64,000 nt of DNA from a bacterium. Lineage in GTDB: Bacteria; Hinthialibacterota; Hinthialibacteria; Hinthialibacterales; Hinthialibacteraceae. Positions 1-10,051 of the stretch are shown piece after piece. The first letter of the stretch is position 1. The number at the start of each line of letters is the position of its first letter. The stretch lies in assembly GCA_041946805.1 (NCBI GenBank), contig JBHGBC010000007.1, forward strand, positions 1 to 64,000, given 5' to 3'. The notes under the pieces were generated by a model. It saw nothing but the letters and a program-made list of their open reading frames with translations. It had not been told where the DNA came from and did not search any database. Position numbers and translations under genes: made by a program.

Positions 1-118
1 TCCCTCACCCTGGCCCTCTCCCAGAGGGAGAGGGGATTTTGGGGGTGGTTTTCATCGGTTCCTTCAACGAGCCGCGAGTTGGCCATTTGATGAAAAGTAC
101 GCACTGGCCGGATGAGCC
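1..118 (-). mobile_element. Partial copy of ~210-bp MITE family A (truncated by window edge)
   Basis: Reverse complement aligns closely with 58750-58867; ends in TIR gtacgcactggccggatgagcc (97-118); contains REP hairpin at 1-36. Confidence 0.85.
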
Positions 119-165
119 AGAATAAAGACCGATTACATCTCATCGGATTGACCGTACCGGGCCGC

Positions 166-2187
166 ATGATGTTTTCACCCAAAACACGCTTTCGGATCAT
201 CCTCGTCATTCAATTGTGTTTCATGGCCGCGCTGGCCCTGTTGTTTTGGATCTCAAAAAGCGGCCCGGAAAATCACTCCCCGTGGATGAATATCCTGCGG
301 AGGCTGGGATATCACTCCCCTTGGCTGGTGTGCGTGATCATGGCGGCGGCGTTGGGATTGACGGTCAACGCCGTGCATTGGGCCTGGCGCGGGGGGAGTG
401 GACTTTTGCGCGGGTGGCGATATCTGCCGGCGGCCGGCGGGTTGTTGTTGACCATGATGCCCTGGGGCAACTGGTGGAATCACGGGACTTTTTTTCATGA
501 AAAATGGATGTGGTATGCCGCGATCTGGTTTATAGGCTTATGCCTGAGCGCCACGGCCCTGGTGTTGACCTCTTCTTGCCATGCGGCATTTCTCGAACGG
601 TGGGGCCGCCGGTTCGAAAATCTCGACCGGGCTTTGCGGGATCCGCGCCTGACCTGGCGGGATGGACTTTGGATGGGTTTGCCGGCCGTCGGGGCGGCCC
701 TGGCGGCGCGCGGCATCTTCGTGTACGCGCTGGGGGGCGTTCCGCACGTGCAGGACAGCATCGCGCAGCTCTTTCAGGCCAAGGTGTTCGCGTTGGGAAT
801 GATGGCGGCGCCGGCTCCTTCCGATCCCCGGTTTTTCGAGCGGCTCTATCTGGTGGTGGAACGGGGGATCTGGTACGCGATCTATCCCCCCGGCCATTCG
901 TTGTTGTTGACTTTGAGTGTCCTGGCAGGGATGGCGGATTGGCTGAATCCCCTGGTGACGGCGTTGATCGTCCCGTTGTACTTTGGCCTGGCCTGGCGGT
1001 TCGCCACGCCCTTCCCCGCGCGGCTGGGGTGTGTGTTGCTGGCATTATCCCCTTTTTTTCTAATGATGGGATCGGAGTACATGAACCATCCTCCCTGCTT
1101 GTTGTTTCTGCTGTTGGCGATAGCGGGTCTATTCGCGCCGGGCGAGCCGGTGGTTTCAAAACGGCTGGCTCTGTTCGGATTGGCGTCCGGCCTGGCGTCG
1201 GGATTCGCGTATCTGATCCGCCCGTTGACCGCCCTGGCGGTGTTGAGCATAACCGCCGTGGGGTATGTCATCCGCTGGCGGAAGCAGCCGCGGCGGATTG
1301 TTCTCACCGGCCTGATGATGGCGGTCGGCATCGCGCCGCCGCTCATTTTTTATCTGATGTACAACGCGCGCACGACCGGCTCGCCGTGGCTCGTGGGGTA
1401 TGTCCATTATTTCGACGCCAATCCCATGGGATTCGGCGGCAAGCCCTGGGGGCCGCATCCGTTGGGGCCGCCGGTTCCCGCGGGAGTGCATCACAATCCC
1501 ATGCGGGGGCTGGCCAACACCATATGCAATTTCAACGGTCTGAATTCGTTTCTCTTCGGCTGGCCGATTCCCTCGTTGACATTGGCTTTCCTGTTGTTTA
1601 TCCCCGGATTTACACGAAACCGCGCGGATTGGTTCTGCGTGGCGGTCATCGGGATGGTGGCGGCCGTCTATTTCTTCTATTTCTACCAGGATTATTGTTT
1701 CGGGCCCCGGTTTTTCTATGAGACAATCCCCGGTTGGATCTTCTTGACGGCGCGGGGGATCGAGGAAATTCACCGGAAAGGGGGGGCGGGGGGAAGGCAG
1801 GCCCATTCCCGGATCCAAGGTTTTATGTACCTGTTTTTGATCGTCAACTTCGTGACGGCGGCGGGGACTTCGTGGGTGGAGCGGTGGCGGGAGCTGAGCG
1901 ACGATTACTGGGGCGCGCGGGACGAGGCCGCGGCCGTGCTCCGTGAAGGCGTGAAGGAGGAAAACGCGGTGATCTTCGTGGAAGACGGAGAAGATTACGC
2001 GGCGGTGTTTTCGTTTCTCGATCCACTCTTGAAAAACGGGTGGATCGTCGCGTTGGATTGGGGAGGGGAAGAAAACGCCAAGCTGCTCTCGAATTATCCG
2101 GAATGGCCGGTCTATATCCTGCGTCTAACCGGGCAGGGACCGGGAGAGGAAGCGCGGACCGTGTTGGAGCGGTATCCCTCCCCGTGA
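166..2187 (+). CDS. Multi-TM glycosyltransferase, GT-C/ArnT-PMT-like
   Basis: Many TM segments, D-S-x-A-Q-L-F-Q-A and YPPGH motifs, GPRF-F-YE near C-term; ORF-track start at 112 lies inside the MITE TIR, so ATG 166 preferred. Confidence 0.6.
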   Translation: MMFSPKTRFRIILVIQLCFMAALALLFWISKSGPENHSPWMNILRRLGYHSPWLVCVIMAAALGLTVNAVHWAWRGGSGLLRGWRYLPAAGGLLLTMMPWGNWWNHGTFFHEKWMWYAAIWFIGLCLSATALVLTSSCHAAFLERWGRRFENLDRALRDPRLTWRDGLWMGLPAVGAALAARGIFVYALGGVPHVQDSIAQLFQAKVFALGMMAAPAPSDPRFFERLYLVVERGIWYAIYPPGHSLLLTLSVLAGMADWLNPLVTALIVPLYFGLAWRFATPFPARLGCVLLALSPFFLMMGSEYMNHPPCLLFLLLAIAGLFAPGEPVVSKRLALFGLASGLASGFAYLIRPLTALAVLSITAVGYVIRWRKQPRRIVLTGLMMAVGIAPPLIFYLMYNARTTGSPWLVGYVHYFDANPMGFGGKPWGPHPLGPPVPAGVHHNPMRGLANTICNFNGLNSFLFGWPIPSLTLAFLLFIPGFTRNRADWFCVAVIGMVAAVYFFYFYQDYCFGPRFFYETIPGWIFLTARGIEEIHRKGGAGGRQAHSRIQGFMYLFLIVNFVTAAGTSWVERWRELSDDYWGARDEAAAVLREGVKEENAVIFVEDGEDYAAVFSFLDPLLKNGWIVALDWGGEENAKLLSNYPEWPVYILRLTGQGPGEEARTVLERYPSP

Positions 2188-2250
2188 AACCGGTGTATCG
2201 GAGTGTATACTGGCCGCAACGAATTATTAATGGGTTGGAGGGATTTTCGG

Positions 2251-3537
2251 ATGGCGAAATTTGTGGTGGAGGGAGGGCATCCGGTCAGCGGCGTCATCCG
2301 GCCGGCGGGGAATAAAAACGAAGCCCTGCCGATTTTGGCGGCGTCCTTACTGACCGACGAGGAAGTCCAGTTGCGGAACGTTCCCGGGATCGGGGATGTG
2401 AACAACCTGCTCACGATCCTGGAGTCGGCCGGCGTGGCAACCCTGCGCCCCCGGGAACATGAAATCACAATCCGGGCGGAGACGGTGCGGTCCACCGGGC
2501 TGCCCGTGGACCTATGCCAGAAGATCCGCGCCTCCATCCTGCTGTCCGCGCCGCTCTTGATCCGTTGCGGCCACGCGGAGATTCCCCTGCCGGGGGGAGA
2601 CCGGATCGGGCGGCGGCGGATCGACACGCATTTGCTGGGTTTCGAGGCCCTGGGGGCGAAGTACGAACTGACCGACGAGGTGTACAAACTTTGGTGCAAC
2701 GGCCGGCTGAAAGGGGCGGACATTCTGCTGGATGAAGCCAGCGTCACGGCGACCGAGAACCTGGTGATGGCGGCGGCGCTGGCGGAGGGGGAAACGATCC
2801 TGCGGAACGCGGCCTCGGAGCCGCATGTCCAGCAATTGTGCAATTTCCTCAATCAACTGGGAGCGCGCGTCGAGGGCATCGGCTCGAACGTGCTGACCAT
2901 CCAGGGCGTGGACCGGCTGCGGAGCGGCGCGCACCGCATCGCCGCGGATTACCTGGAAGTGGGCAGTTTCATCGCCCTGGCGGCGGTGACCCATGGGGAA
3001 TTGCTGATCCAGGACGCGGCCCCGGAATACATGCGGATGATCCTGAACCAGTTCCAACGGTTGGGGATCGAGGTGGAAATCCGCCGGAAGGACATTTTCG
3101 TGCCCAGTGAGCAGCCGCTGAAAATAAAGCCGGACCTGTATACGTCACTGGTCAAGATTGATGATGGGCCGTGGCCGGCGTTTCCCGCGGACATGATGAG
3201 CATCGCGCTGGTGGCGGCCACCCAAACCCAGGGCACGGTGATGATCTTCGAGAAGATGTTCGAAAGCCGGCTGTATTTTGTTGACCGCCTGATTTCGATG
3301 GGGGCCAACATCATTCTCTGCGATCCGCACCGGGCGGTGGTGGTCGGTCCGACGCCCCTAAGCCACCGGGTAATGAGCAGCCCCGACATCCGCGCGGGGA
3401 TGGCCCTGCTGATCGCGGCGTTGTGCGCCAACGGGGCCAGCGAGATCCAAAACATCGAACAAATCGACCGGGGCTACGAACGCCTGGATGAGCGGCTCTC
3501 CGCCCTGGGCGCGCGCATCCAACGCGTGGAGGGGTGA
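2251..3537 (+). CDS. murA: UDP-N-acetylglucosamine 1-carboxyvinyltransferase
   Basis: [59 protein letters not shown] motifs; GGAGG upstream of ATG 2251. Confidence 0.97.
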   Translation: MAKFVVEGGHPVSGVIRPAGNKNEALPILAASLLTDEEVQLRNVPGIGDVNNLLTILESAGVATLRPREHEITIRAETVRSTGLPVDLCQKIRASILLSAPLLIRCGHAEIPLPGGDRIGRRRIDTHLLGFEALGAKYELTDEVYKLWCNGRLKGADILLDEASVTATENLVMAAALAEGETILRNAASEPHVQQLCNFLNQLGARVEGIGSNVLTIQGVDRLRSGAHRIAADYLEVGSFIALAAVTHGELLIQDAAPEYMRMILNQFQRLGIEVEIRRKDIFVPSEQPLKIKPDLYTSLVKIDDGPWPAFPADMMSIALVAATQTQGTVMIFEKMFESRLYFVDRLISMGANIILCDPHRAVVVGPTPLSHRVMSSPDIRAGMALLIAALCANGASEIQNIEQIDRGYERLDERLSALGARIQRVEG

Positions 3538-3614
3538 GGCCGTTGGCCCGGGAGTGTATGAGATGAAAAGGCTTCCTTGCGTTATCGCCGGGGGAAAAAA
3601 GTATATGCACTCAA

Positions 3615-3650
3615 TCCCCTCTCCCTCGGGGAGAGGGCTAGGGTGAGGGG
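3615..3650 (-). repeat. REP-like palindrome (CCCTCACCCTRRCCCTCTCCCNNAGGGAGAGGG family)
   Basis: tcccctctccctcggggagagggctagggtgagggg; 10-bp direct repeat actcaatccc at 3609-3618 and 3656-3665. Confidence 0.85.
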
Positions 3651-3691
3651 AAAAAACTCAATCCCGTTTTGGATCCCGCGCGAATGACCTC

Positions 3692-5545
3692 ATGTTGAAT
3701 CTCCTGTTCGGGTTATGGCAATTGGGGTGGGTCTGGGGGCTGGGATTTCTCCTGGCCCGCCGGATACGCTCCTCCTTGCCGTATGGCTATTGGCTGGCGG
3801 TGGCGTTCGGCCTGGGTGAGGCGGCGCTGTCGGGATTGTATTTTCTCCTGGGACTGGCTGGAGGTCTGCGATTTGGGATTCTGGTTCCGCTCGCGGTGTT
3901 GATCTCCATCGCCGCGCTGCCCGCCTGGATGCGGGAAGGGCAGGGCATTCCGCGGGCGGCCGGGCCGTATTTCCGCCATTCTCCCCTGGCGGGATTGATC
4001 ACGGTATCTCTCTTGACCTGGTATCTGCTGGGAGTTTGCGTGCCGGAGCGCGAAGTTGATTCGCTTTGGTATCATTTAGGCGTGCCGTTATACTACATCA
4101 CCCATGGCGGAGCGATTCAACTGGTTCCCTTCAACATGCCTTCGCATTACCCGATGAACCTCCACCTCCATTACACCTTTTCCCTGCTGGTGGGCAACGA
4201 CACCACCGCCAAGATGTTTATCTACGGCCATTTCTTTCCCATGCTGATCCTGCTGGCAGCGGCCGTGCGGCGATATGGCCGCCGGGGATGGAGTCTCTTC
4301 GCGGTGGCGGTGTATCTGTGCTGCCTGCATTTCCGCATGCCGGTGATGGTGAACGTGGAGCGCGCGGTCTATTTTTATGTGTTTCTATCCACTGCCTTGA
4401 TGTGGTTGGCAATGGAAAGGAACTCGAACCGCTGGTTGATCCTGTCTTCGGTGTTTTGCGGCATGGCGATGGGGACCAAGTTCAACGGCTTGTTGTTCGG
4501 CTTGGTTCCGTTGTGGCTGTTTCTCGCCATCCGGTTTTTTCTCTGGAAAAAAGCATCCTGGCGGGACGGATTGGTGAAACTGGCGCTCTTCACGGGCATC
4601 GCCTGGATGCTCTACAGCCCCTGGATGATCAAATCGTTCCTCTTCACCGGCAATCCCATGTATCCCATGCTGGAGGAGATCTTCCCCACGCGGGAGGAAT
4701 TCATCCCCGCCATGCGGTCCAACGCCCATAATCACGGGCTGAATATCTTGAAATCGAAAAGCCCCGGCGAGTTCGTGGGCCAGGTCGAAACCAACATCCT
4801 CTGGCTGTTGTACAACGCCGATTTAATTTTTTTCCTCGGCCTGATGGCGCTTTTCCTGTTATTGGTTTTGCGCAAGAAACGCTGGCTTTATCCGGCCACG
4901 CAATTGCTGCTGGCCTTTCTGCTCTTTCCCATGCTGTGGGGATCGGACATCGCCCGCTTGTACGCCGCGAATTACGGTGTGGCAGTGCTGGGCATCGCCC
5001 TGGCCGTATCCTGGCTGAGCCGGCAGATACGCTGGGGCCGCTGGTTGGGCGTCTTGATACTACTCAGCCTGGCCGTCACCTTCACCCAACAGCGGCTGTA
5101 TTACCTCAGCAGCCCTAACATTCGCTGGTTCGGCGATGTGCACCTCTCGGAACCGGCCCGCCGCGCCTGGCTGATCGAGCGGGGGCTTTTCACGGACGAC
5201 TTGTTCCGGATGAAGGATTGGATGGATTCCCACATCCCGCCGGAAGAGGAATTATACGGCTACCGCACCGGCTATCTCTTCTACTTGGACCGCAAATACA
5301 TCGTCAGCGACGCCCACTTCGGCGAACAGATGGATGGGTGGCTCCAGCAGGGCGCGGAGACCGCGGCCCGGAAACTAACCGGCCTGGGCGTGGATTTGGT
5401 CTTGTACAAGCGGCATCCGGGAGTCCCTCTACGTGAGGAGATCGAAACAGCCTGGCGGGAATTTGTGCACCGGGATTTGGAATTGCTGCACCAGGAGGGG
5501 AATGTGGATCTCTACCGCTTGCGCGCGGGAGGAAAGCCGGTTTGA
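3692..5545 (+). CDS. Multi-TM membrane protein, GT-C (ArnT-like) superfamily
   Basis: DSLWYHL..P motif, G.AMGTKFNG, PWMIKS..FTGNPMYP; ~13 TM segments. Confidence 0.6.
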   Translation: MLNLLFGLWQLGWVWGLGFLLARRIRSSLPYGYWLAVAFGLGEAALSGLYFLLGLAGGLRFGILVPLAVLISIAALPAWMREGQGIPRAAGPYFRHSPLAGLITVSLLTWYLLGVCVPEREVDSLWYHLGVPLYYITHGGAIQLVPFNMPSHYPMNLHLHYTFSLLVGNDTTAKMFIYGHFFPMLILLAAAVRRYGRRGWSLFAVAVYLCCLHFRMPVMVNVERAVYFYVFLSTALMWLAMERNSNRWLILSSVFCGMAMGTKFNGLLFGLVPLWLFLAIRFFLWKKASWRDGLVKLALFTGIAWMLYSPWMIKSFLFTGNPMYPMLEEIFPTREEFIPAMRSNAHNHGLNILKSKSPGEFVGQVETNILWLLYNADLIFFLGLMALFLLLVLRKKRWLYPATQLLLAFLLFPMLWGSDIARLYAANYGVAVLGIALAVSWLSRQIRWGRWLGVLILLSLAVTFTQQRLYYLSSPNIRWFGDVHLSEPARRAWLIERGLFTDDLFRMKDWMDSHIPPEEELYGYRTGYLFYLDRKYIVSDAHFGEQMDGWLQQGAETAARKLTGLGVDLVLYKRHPGVPLREEIETAWREFVHRDLELLHQEGNVDLYRLRAGGKPV

Positions 5546-5636
5546 GCGGGCCACTCCGGAACAAGCTTCCGCAACCGGCCCTATTCCTTCCTGACCGCAA
5601 TCCGGGATGGGAGTGGAAGGAAGGCGGCGGAACAGC

Positions 5637-6260
5637 ATGGTTTTTTATTTGTTCCAAGGAATAGGACTCGGCTTGGCGGCGGCCGCTCAGCCCGGCCCCT
5701 TTCAGGCCTATGTCATTTCGCAAACCCTGGATATAGGCTGGCGGCGCGCCCTCCCGGTTTCCCTGGCCCCCTTGATCACCGACGGACCGATCATCCTGAT
5801 GACGGTTTTTTTCCTCAGCCGGATCCCGGATTGGTTCGAGCCGGTACTCTACACGGCCAGCGGCTTCTTTATTCTCTACCTGGCTTACCACGCGTTCCGG
5901 CGGTGGCGGGAATTCACGGACGGCGGAACCGCATCGGGTTCCAGCGTCCGGGGTTTGTGGAGAGCGGCCGGGATGAATGCCATCAGCCCGGGGCCCTATG
6001 TGTATTGGAGCCTGGTCACGGGGCCCATACTCCTGAGGGCCTGGCGGGAAGCACCGATTCAGGGAGTGGCTTTTCTCGTTGGCTTCTATGGCGCGATGAT
6101 CTTCGTGCTGGTCACCATCATAGTGCTTTTCGGTATGGCCCGCCAATGGGAGACGCGCCTGCGGAAGGTTTTGCTGGCGGGGTCCGCGGCGGCATTGGCG
6201 GGTTTTGGGGCCTATCAGTTGGGGCTTGGTCTGGCCGGGATCCGTACGGCTTGGAGATGA
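5637..6260 (+). CDS. LysE-family translocator
   Basis: G.GLGLAAAAQPGP N-terminal motif, NAISPGPY.YW second motif, ~6 TM. Confidence 0.8.
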   Translation: MVFYLFQGIGLGLAAAAQPGPFQAYVISQTLDIGWRRALPVSLAPLITDGPIILMTVFFLSRIPDWFEPVLYTASGFFILYLAYHAFRRWREFTDGGTASGSSVRGLWRAAGMNAISPGPYVYWSLVTGPILLRAWREAPIQGVAFLVGFYGAMIFVLVTIIVLFGMARQWETRLRKVLLAGSAAALAGFGAYQLGLGLAGIRTAWR

Positions 6261-6560
6261 TCTGTTCCAATGCGGCTTCGGGAGAGGAATGCCGGAGCGG
6301 TCCGGGATCTCCCTCCCCGGGTAAGTATTCCCTTCCAGCCGCCGCGGAACGGCAGAGAATGGATTGACATGCACCCGTTTGCCATGGAATTATGTAAACG
6401 GGCGCGGAGTTCCAGGACCGGTTCGATCCGGCCCGGTTGGATAGACATGAAAAAAGGATTTCACTTTCAAGGAAAGGAGGACATCGGGAGCAGGTTCCTT
6501 GCATAGAACGAGCCACGTTAAATGGTTGTCCAAATTATTCATTCTAGGGGAGGAGAAAAA

Positions 6561-8633
6561 ATGAACAGTTTGACGATCGTGAAGCGTATGGTTTTGTTAT
6601 GGATGGGGCTGGGTATTCTTTTATATTCCCCGATGGCCGGATCCGTCCATGGCGCCGAGTCCCGCGCCGGGCAGCCGCAAGCCGCCCAAAACGTGATCTG
6701 GGAAAAGGATTTCAACGCTCTTCCGTTGGGAGACTACGTGGGGGAAGTGGCGTTCTTTGCCAATGGCAGCCGGTCGCCAGACGCGGACAATGGAAGAGCC
6801 AGTTCGACCTGGATCATCGCGGAAGATCTGCTCGATCCGCAGAATAAAGTCCTGCAGAATGTCGGCGGGGCCAACGACGACCATGATTCCTGGTATTTCG
6901 TGGAAACAGTCAACCATCCGGCCGTCAACCGCGGGCAATATACCATTTACCAGGCCGATATTTTCATCCCGTCCGGAGACAGCGACTACGATACGTTCCG
7001 GGTGGGATTGTTCGGCTTGATCGATCTGGAGCAGAAGGATTCCTACGGGGCGTGGTTCAAGTGGTCGGAGAGGAAAATGCGGGTGGGAAAACTGCAGGCG
7101 GGCCAGGAGATGAGCGTAAAATCGTCCGAATTCGCCGCCCTCGAGGATACGGACCAATGGTACACCCTGCAACTCCGTTACCAGATTCTGGGAACCCAAC
7201 TGAACGTCACCGCCTCGATCTGGCCGAAAACGAATCCCGCGAAGGTCACCACGCAGTCGAATACGGTCGATTTCACGGCGAAAAAGACTTTCGCCCTTGG
7301 CATTTACATGTATTCGAACGACAAGCCCTTCAAGATGTGGGACAATTTCAAGGCCATCGAAGAGATCCGGCCGGCCGCCAACGCGGGATTATCGTTCAAG
7401 GCGGCCGCGGGTCAGAAAAACATCCGGCTGGACGGCTCCCAATCAACCGGAGCGGCGACATATAAATGGGAACTGGTTCCCCGGACGCGGATCATCGATC
7501 CGAACGCCGCGTCGGAGGGCAATCCCGGCCCGACGGAGATCGATCCCACGCAAAGCCTGCCGGTGATTCGTGACGCCGATCAAGCGGTCGCTCAATTCGA
7601 CGCTCCAGCCGTGATTCCCATCGGGGCGGAACGCTTGGAATTCAAATTGACCATCAACGCCGGCACGGCGGATGAATCATCCTCCAGCGTCTTTGTCTAT
7701 CTGCAATCCTTTGGCGGCCCGGATGTGATCCGGGAGGGATTCGCTCCCCCCGCCGGCGGATGGGATTATACATGGGACGGGGATCTCAGCCCCTTGAACA
7801 GCATTCAGAAATTCCAGAAAAACTTCAGTTTCGATTACGATTTGGGTTCATACGGTCAAGTGTATTCCGTCCCGCCGGCGGGATGGGCGGGGGTTTGGTG
7901 CCAGAGTGACGCGATCGTGACCTTGCATACGGAATCGGGTCTGATCGTTTGCCGTTATTTCGGGGATACGCTGGGGACTTTTCTCGATTTGGATACGGTG
8001 TTATCCGGCCTGGGGGCCAACGGCGTGTTCGACGAGACCGGCGCCACCCTGCTGATCCGGGCCCGCAACCTCGATCTCCTGCGCGATGACGGCCAGCCGT
8101 TCAGCGCGTACCCCTGGCCGTTCGACAGCCGGACCGGGGCCATCGACACCGTGGACGAAAGCGCGTTGAATCCCGACGGCACCCGGATCGGAATCGGGAA
8201 CAAAACCCAGGACTTGGAAGCCGCGTTGACGTATGGATCCCTGGACAACAACGTGTATGTGATGCACGCGGATGGCGAGGACCCGGCTCTCGATGGCACA
8301 GTCATCCCCTCATTATCCATACTCGATTTTTCCACTCTGTGGGTCACGCTCGGCACGGTGGGAGGGAAAAACACGATCAACGTGTATAACGCGCCGGACA
8401 AGGCCGCGGTGGTCACGCAGACCATCACCCGCCATGCCCGGAGACAAAATCCCTTCGACGGCACGTCCTCCGCGGATCCCAATCTGTCCAACAATTACCT
8501 GCGTATCGACATCGAAACCGTTCCCGGCAGCAGCGAAACCAACGCGCTTTGCATTGATTTCCTTTGCTTGAAACGGGGAATCTTTTCGCCCACGTCCAAG
8601 CCCGCGGACGTCAGCCGCTGGATGTTGTTTTGA
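6561..8633 (+). CDS. Secreted multidomain protein (lectin-like beta domain, PKD-like domain) with C-terminal V-x-x-W-x-L-F tail
   Basis: Signal peptide, RBS GGGAGGAG, ANAG...LDGSQS.GA.TYKWE PKD-like motif, ends DVSRWMLF. Confidence 0.6.
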   Translation: MNSLTIVKRMVLLWMGLGILLYSPMAGSVHGAESRAGQPQAAQNVIWEKDFNALPLGDYVGEVAFFANGSRSPDADNGRASSTWIIAEDLLDPQNKVLQNVGGANDDHDSWYFVETVNHPAVNRGQYTIYQADIFIPSGDSDYDTFRVGLFGLIDLEQKDSYGAWFKWSERKMRVGKLQAGQEMSVKSSEFAALEDTDQWYTLQLRYQILGTQLNVTASIWPKTNPAKVTTQSNTVDFTAKKTFALGIYMYSNDKPFKMWDNFKAIEEIRPAANAGLSFKAAAGQKNIRLDGSQSTGAATYKWELVPRTRIIDPNAASEGNPGPTEIDPTQSLPVIRDADQAVAQFDAPAVIPIGAERLEFKLTINAGTADESSSSVFVYLQSFGGPDVIREGFAPPAGGWDYTWDGDLSPLNSIQKFQKNFSFDYDLGSYGQVYSVPPAGWAGVWCQSDAIVTLHTESGLIVCRYFGDTLGTFLDLDTVLSGLGANGVFDETGATLLIRARNLDLLRDDGQPFSAYPWPFDSRTGAIDTVDESALNPDGTRIGIGNKTQDLEAALTYGSLDNNVYVMHADGEDPALDGTVIPSLSILDFSTLWVTLGTVGGKNTINVYNAPDKAAVVTQTITRHARRQNPFDGTSSADPNLSNNYLRIDIETVPGSSETNALCIDFLCLKRGIFSPTSKPADVSRWMLF

Positions 8634-8658
8634 CCGGTTTGGACCGGTGGCGATGACC

Positions 8659-8687
8659 AAAGGGCGTGCGCAGGCACGCCCTTTTTT
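8659..8687 (+). terminator. Rho-independent terminator
   Basis: aaagggcgtgc-gcag-gcacgcccttttttc hairpin plus U-tract right after stop at 8633. Confidence 0.8.
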
Positions 8688-8815
8688 CGAGTTCCGGCCA
8701 GTCCGATTGAAGTGCAGCCGAACATGCTCGATAATAAGTGCGTAAGTGCCGGATGGATTCACATGGGACTGCGCGGCGGGATCGTCCGGAGATTTTGGCC
8801 AGGAAAGGAGAAGAG

Positions 8816-9868
8816 ATGAAAGCATCCACCCGGCGTCAATTCATGAAACGAATGGCCTGCCTCGCCAGTAGCATCTCATTCGCGCGGCGGTCCCCGGCGC
8901 AAGACGCTCCGGACGTGTTGGAGGGCGTCCGGACATTCATTCATCGCACCGCCCAGAAGGATGGCTCCTTCACTCCCGGAATCGATCCCGGCTATCCGGG
9001 AATCTCGGATACGAATCTCTCGGGGATCGCCGCTCCCGCGTATGCGGTGATTCTTTGCCGGACGTTCGATTGGAGCCTGCCCTATCCCGGGGAAACCAAG
9101 GAATTTTTCCACCGCTGCCAAAAGCCCGATGGCGCCTTTTACCCCCCCGCGGGCACGATGGATCCGAATTCCGCTCAGGCCAAATTCTACAATACCGCTC
9201 AAGGCATCGTGGCGTTGAAATTACTGGGCGAGAAACCGAAATACGATCCCGCGCCGGTCCCGGAGTATTTTTTCAAGGAAGAGGAACTCGAAAAACTGCC
9301 GCTTTACATGACCAGCTTCTTTCCCTACTTTTACACCGCGCTGGGAATCCCCATGCCCGAACAGGTGGACCGGATGCTGCGCGCCTTGATCGAGAAGAAG
9401 CAGACCGCCGATGGGTATGTCGGAAACCATGTCGCTTCCACGTTTCACGCCGCCCATTATTTCCGGTTGACCGGTTTGCCCACTCCGAAAGCCGGGGTCA
9501 TGGTGGAACGAGTCTTGCGGGATCAAAAGGAAGACGGTTCGTGGCACTTGTTCGAACCGGATTGGGATGTCCATGCCGCCTTCGATGCGCTTTTCATATT
9601 ACGGCAACTGGGAAACGCGAAAGATTCCCGCATTCAAAAATCTTGCCAACGCGCCAACCAATGGCTGTTGCGGTGCCGGAAACCGGAGGGAGGCTTCGCG
9701 CATTATCCCGGCAATCCCCAGGCGGACATGGATGCCACGTACTTCCAAGCCGGAGCCCTGGCGCAAACCGGTTATTTACCCATCTCCGCCAAGTTGGAAC
9801 ATGAGGAAATCTGGGGTTGGGGACATGCCATGATCCCCGGGAAACGATATTCGTGTTTGCGCTCCTGA
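8816..9868 (+). CDS. Tat-exported prenyltransferase/squalene-cyclase-repeat (alpha/alpha toroid) protein
   Basis: TRRQFMK twin-arginine signal; repeated QKDGSF, QKPDGAF, QTADGY, QKEDGSW, PEGGF motifs; RBS AAGGAG. Confidence 0.7.
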   Translation: MKASTRRQFMKRMACLASSISFARRSPAQDAPDVLEGVRTFIHRTAQKDGSFTPGIDPGYPGISDTNLSGIAAPAYAVILCRTFDWSLPYPGETKEFFHRCQKPDGAFYPPAGTMDPNSAQAKFYNTAQGIVALKLLGEKPKYDPAPVPEYFFKEEELEKLPLYMTSFFPYFYTALGIPMPEQVDRMLRALIEKKQTADGYVGNHVASTFHAAHYFRLTGLPTPKAGVMVERVLRDQKEDGSWHLFEPDWDVHAAFDALFILRQLGNAKDSRIQKSCQRANQWLLRCRKPEGGFAHYPGNPQADMDATYFQAGALAQTGYLPISAKLEHEEIWGWGHAMIPGKRYSCLRS

Positions 9869-10051
9869 TCTCCCGCGGCCTTCATTTCGGCTGCCTGATG
9901 GTTATGTAATCCTATCTGGTGCCTTCACTTCCCTGGTGGTTTGGGATCCGAGTATCCAGTATTTTATTGCGAAATTGGCCGCCATGGATTGGCTTTGGTC
10001 CCCACCGGGCATGCATTTCCATGATGCACCCAATTGATCATGAGGTGTTTG

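Noticed and set aside
112..165. ORF-track start (MSQNKD...) of the first gene
   Set aside because: The ATG lies inside the MITE terminal repeat; the downstream ATG at 166 is more plausible
8730..8760. ataagtgcgtaagtgccggatggattc resembling the MITE A terminal repeat
   Set aside because: Partial match only, with no partner end or internal hairpin
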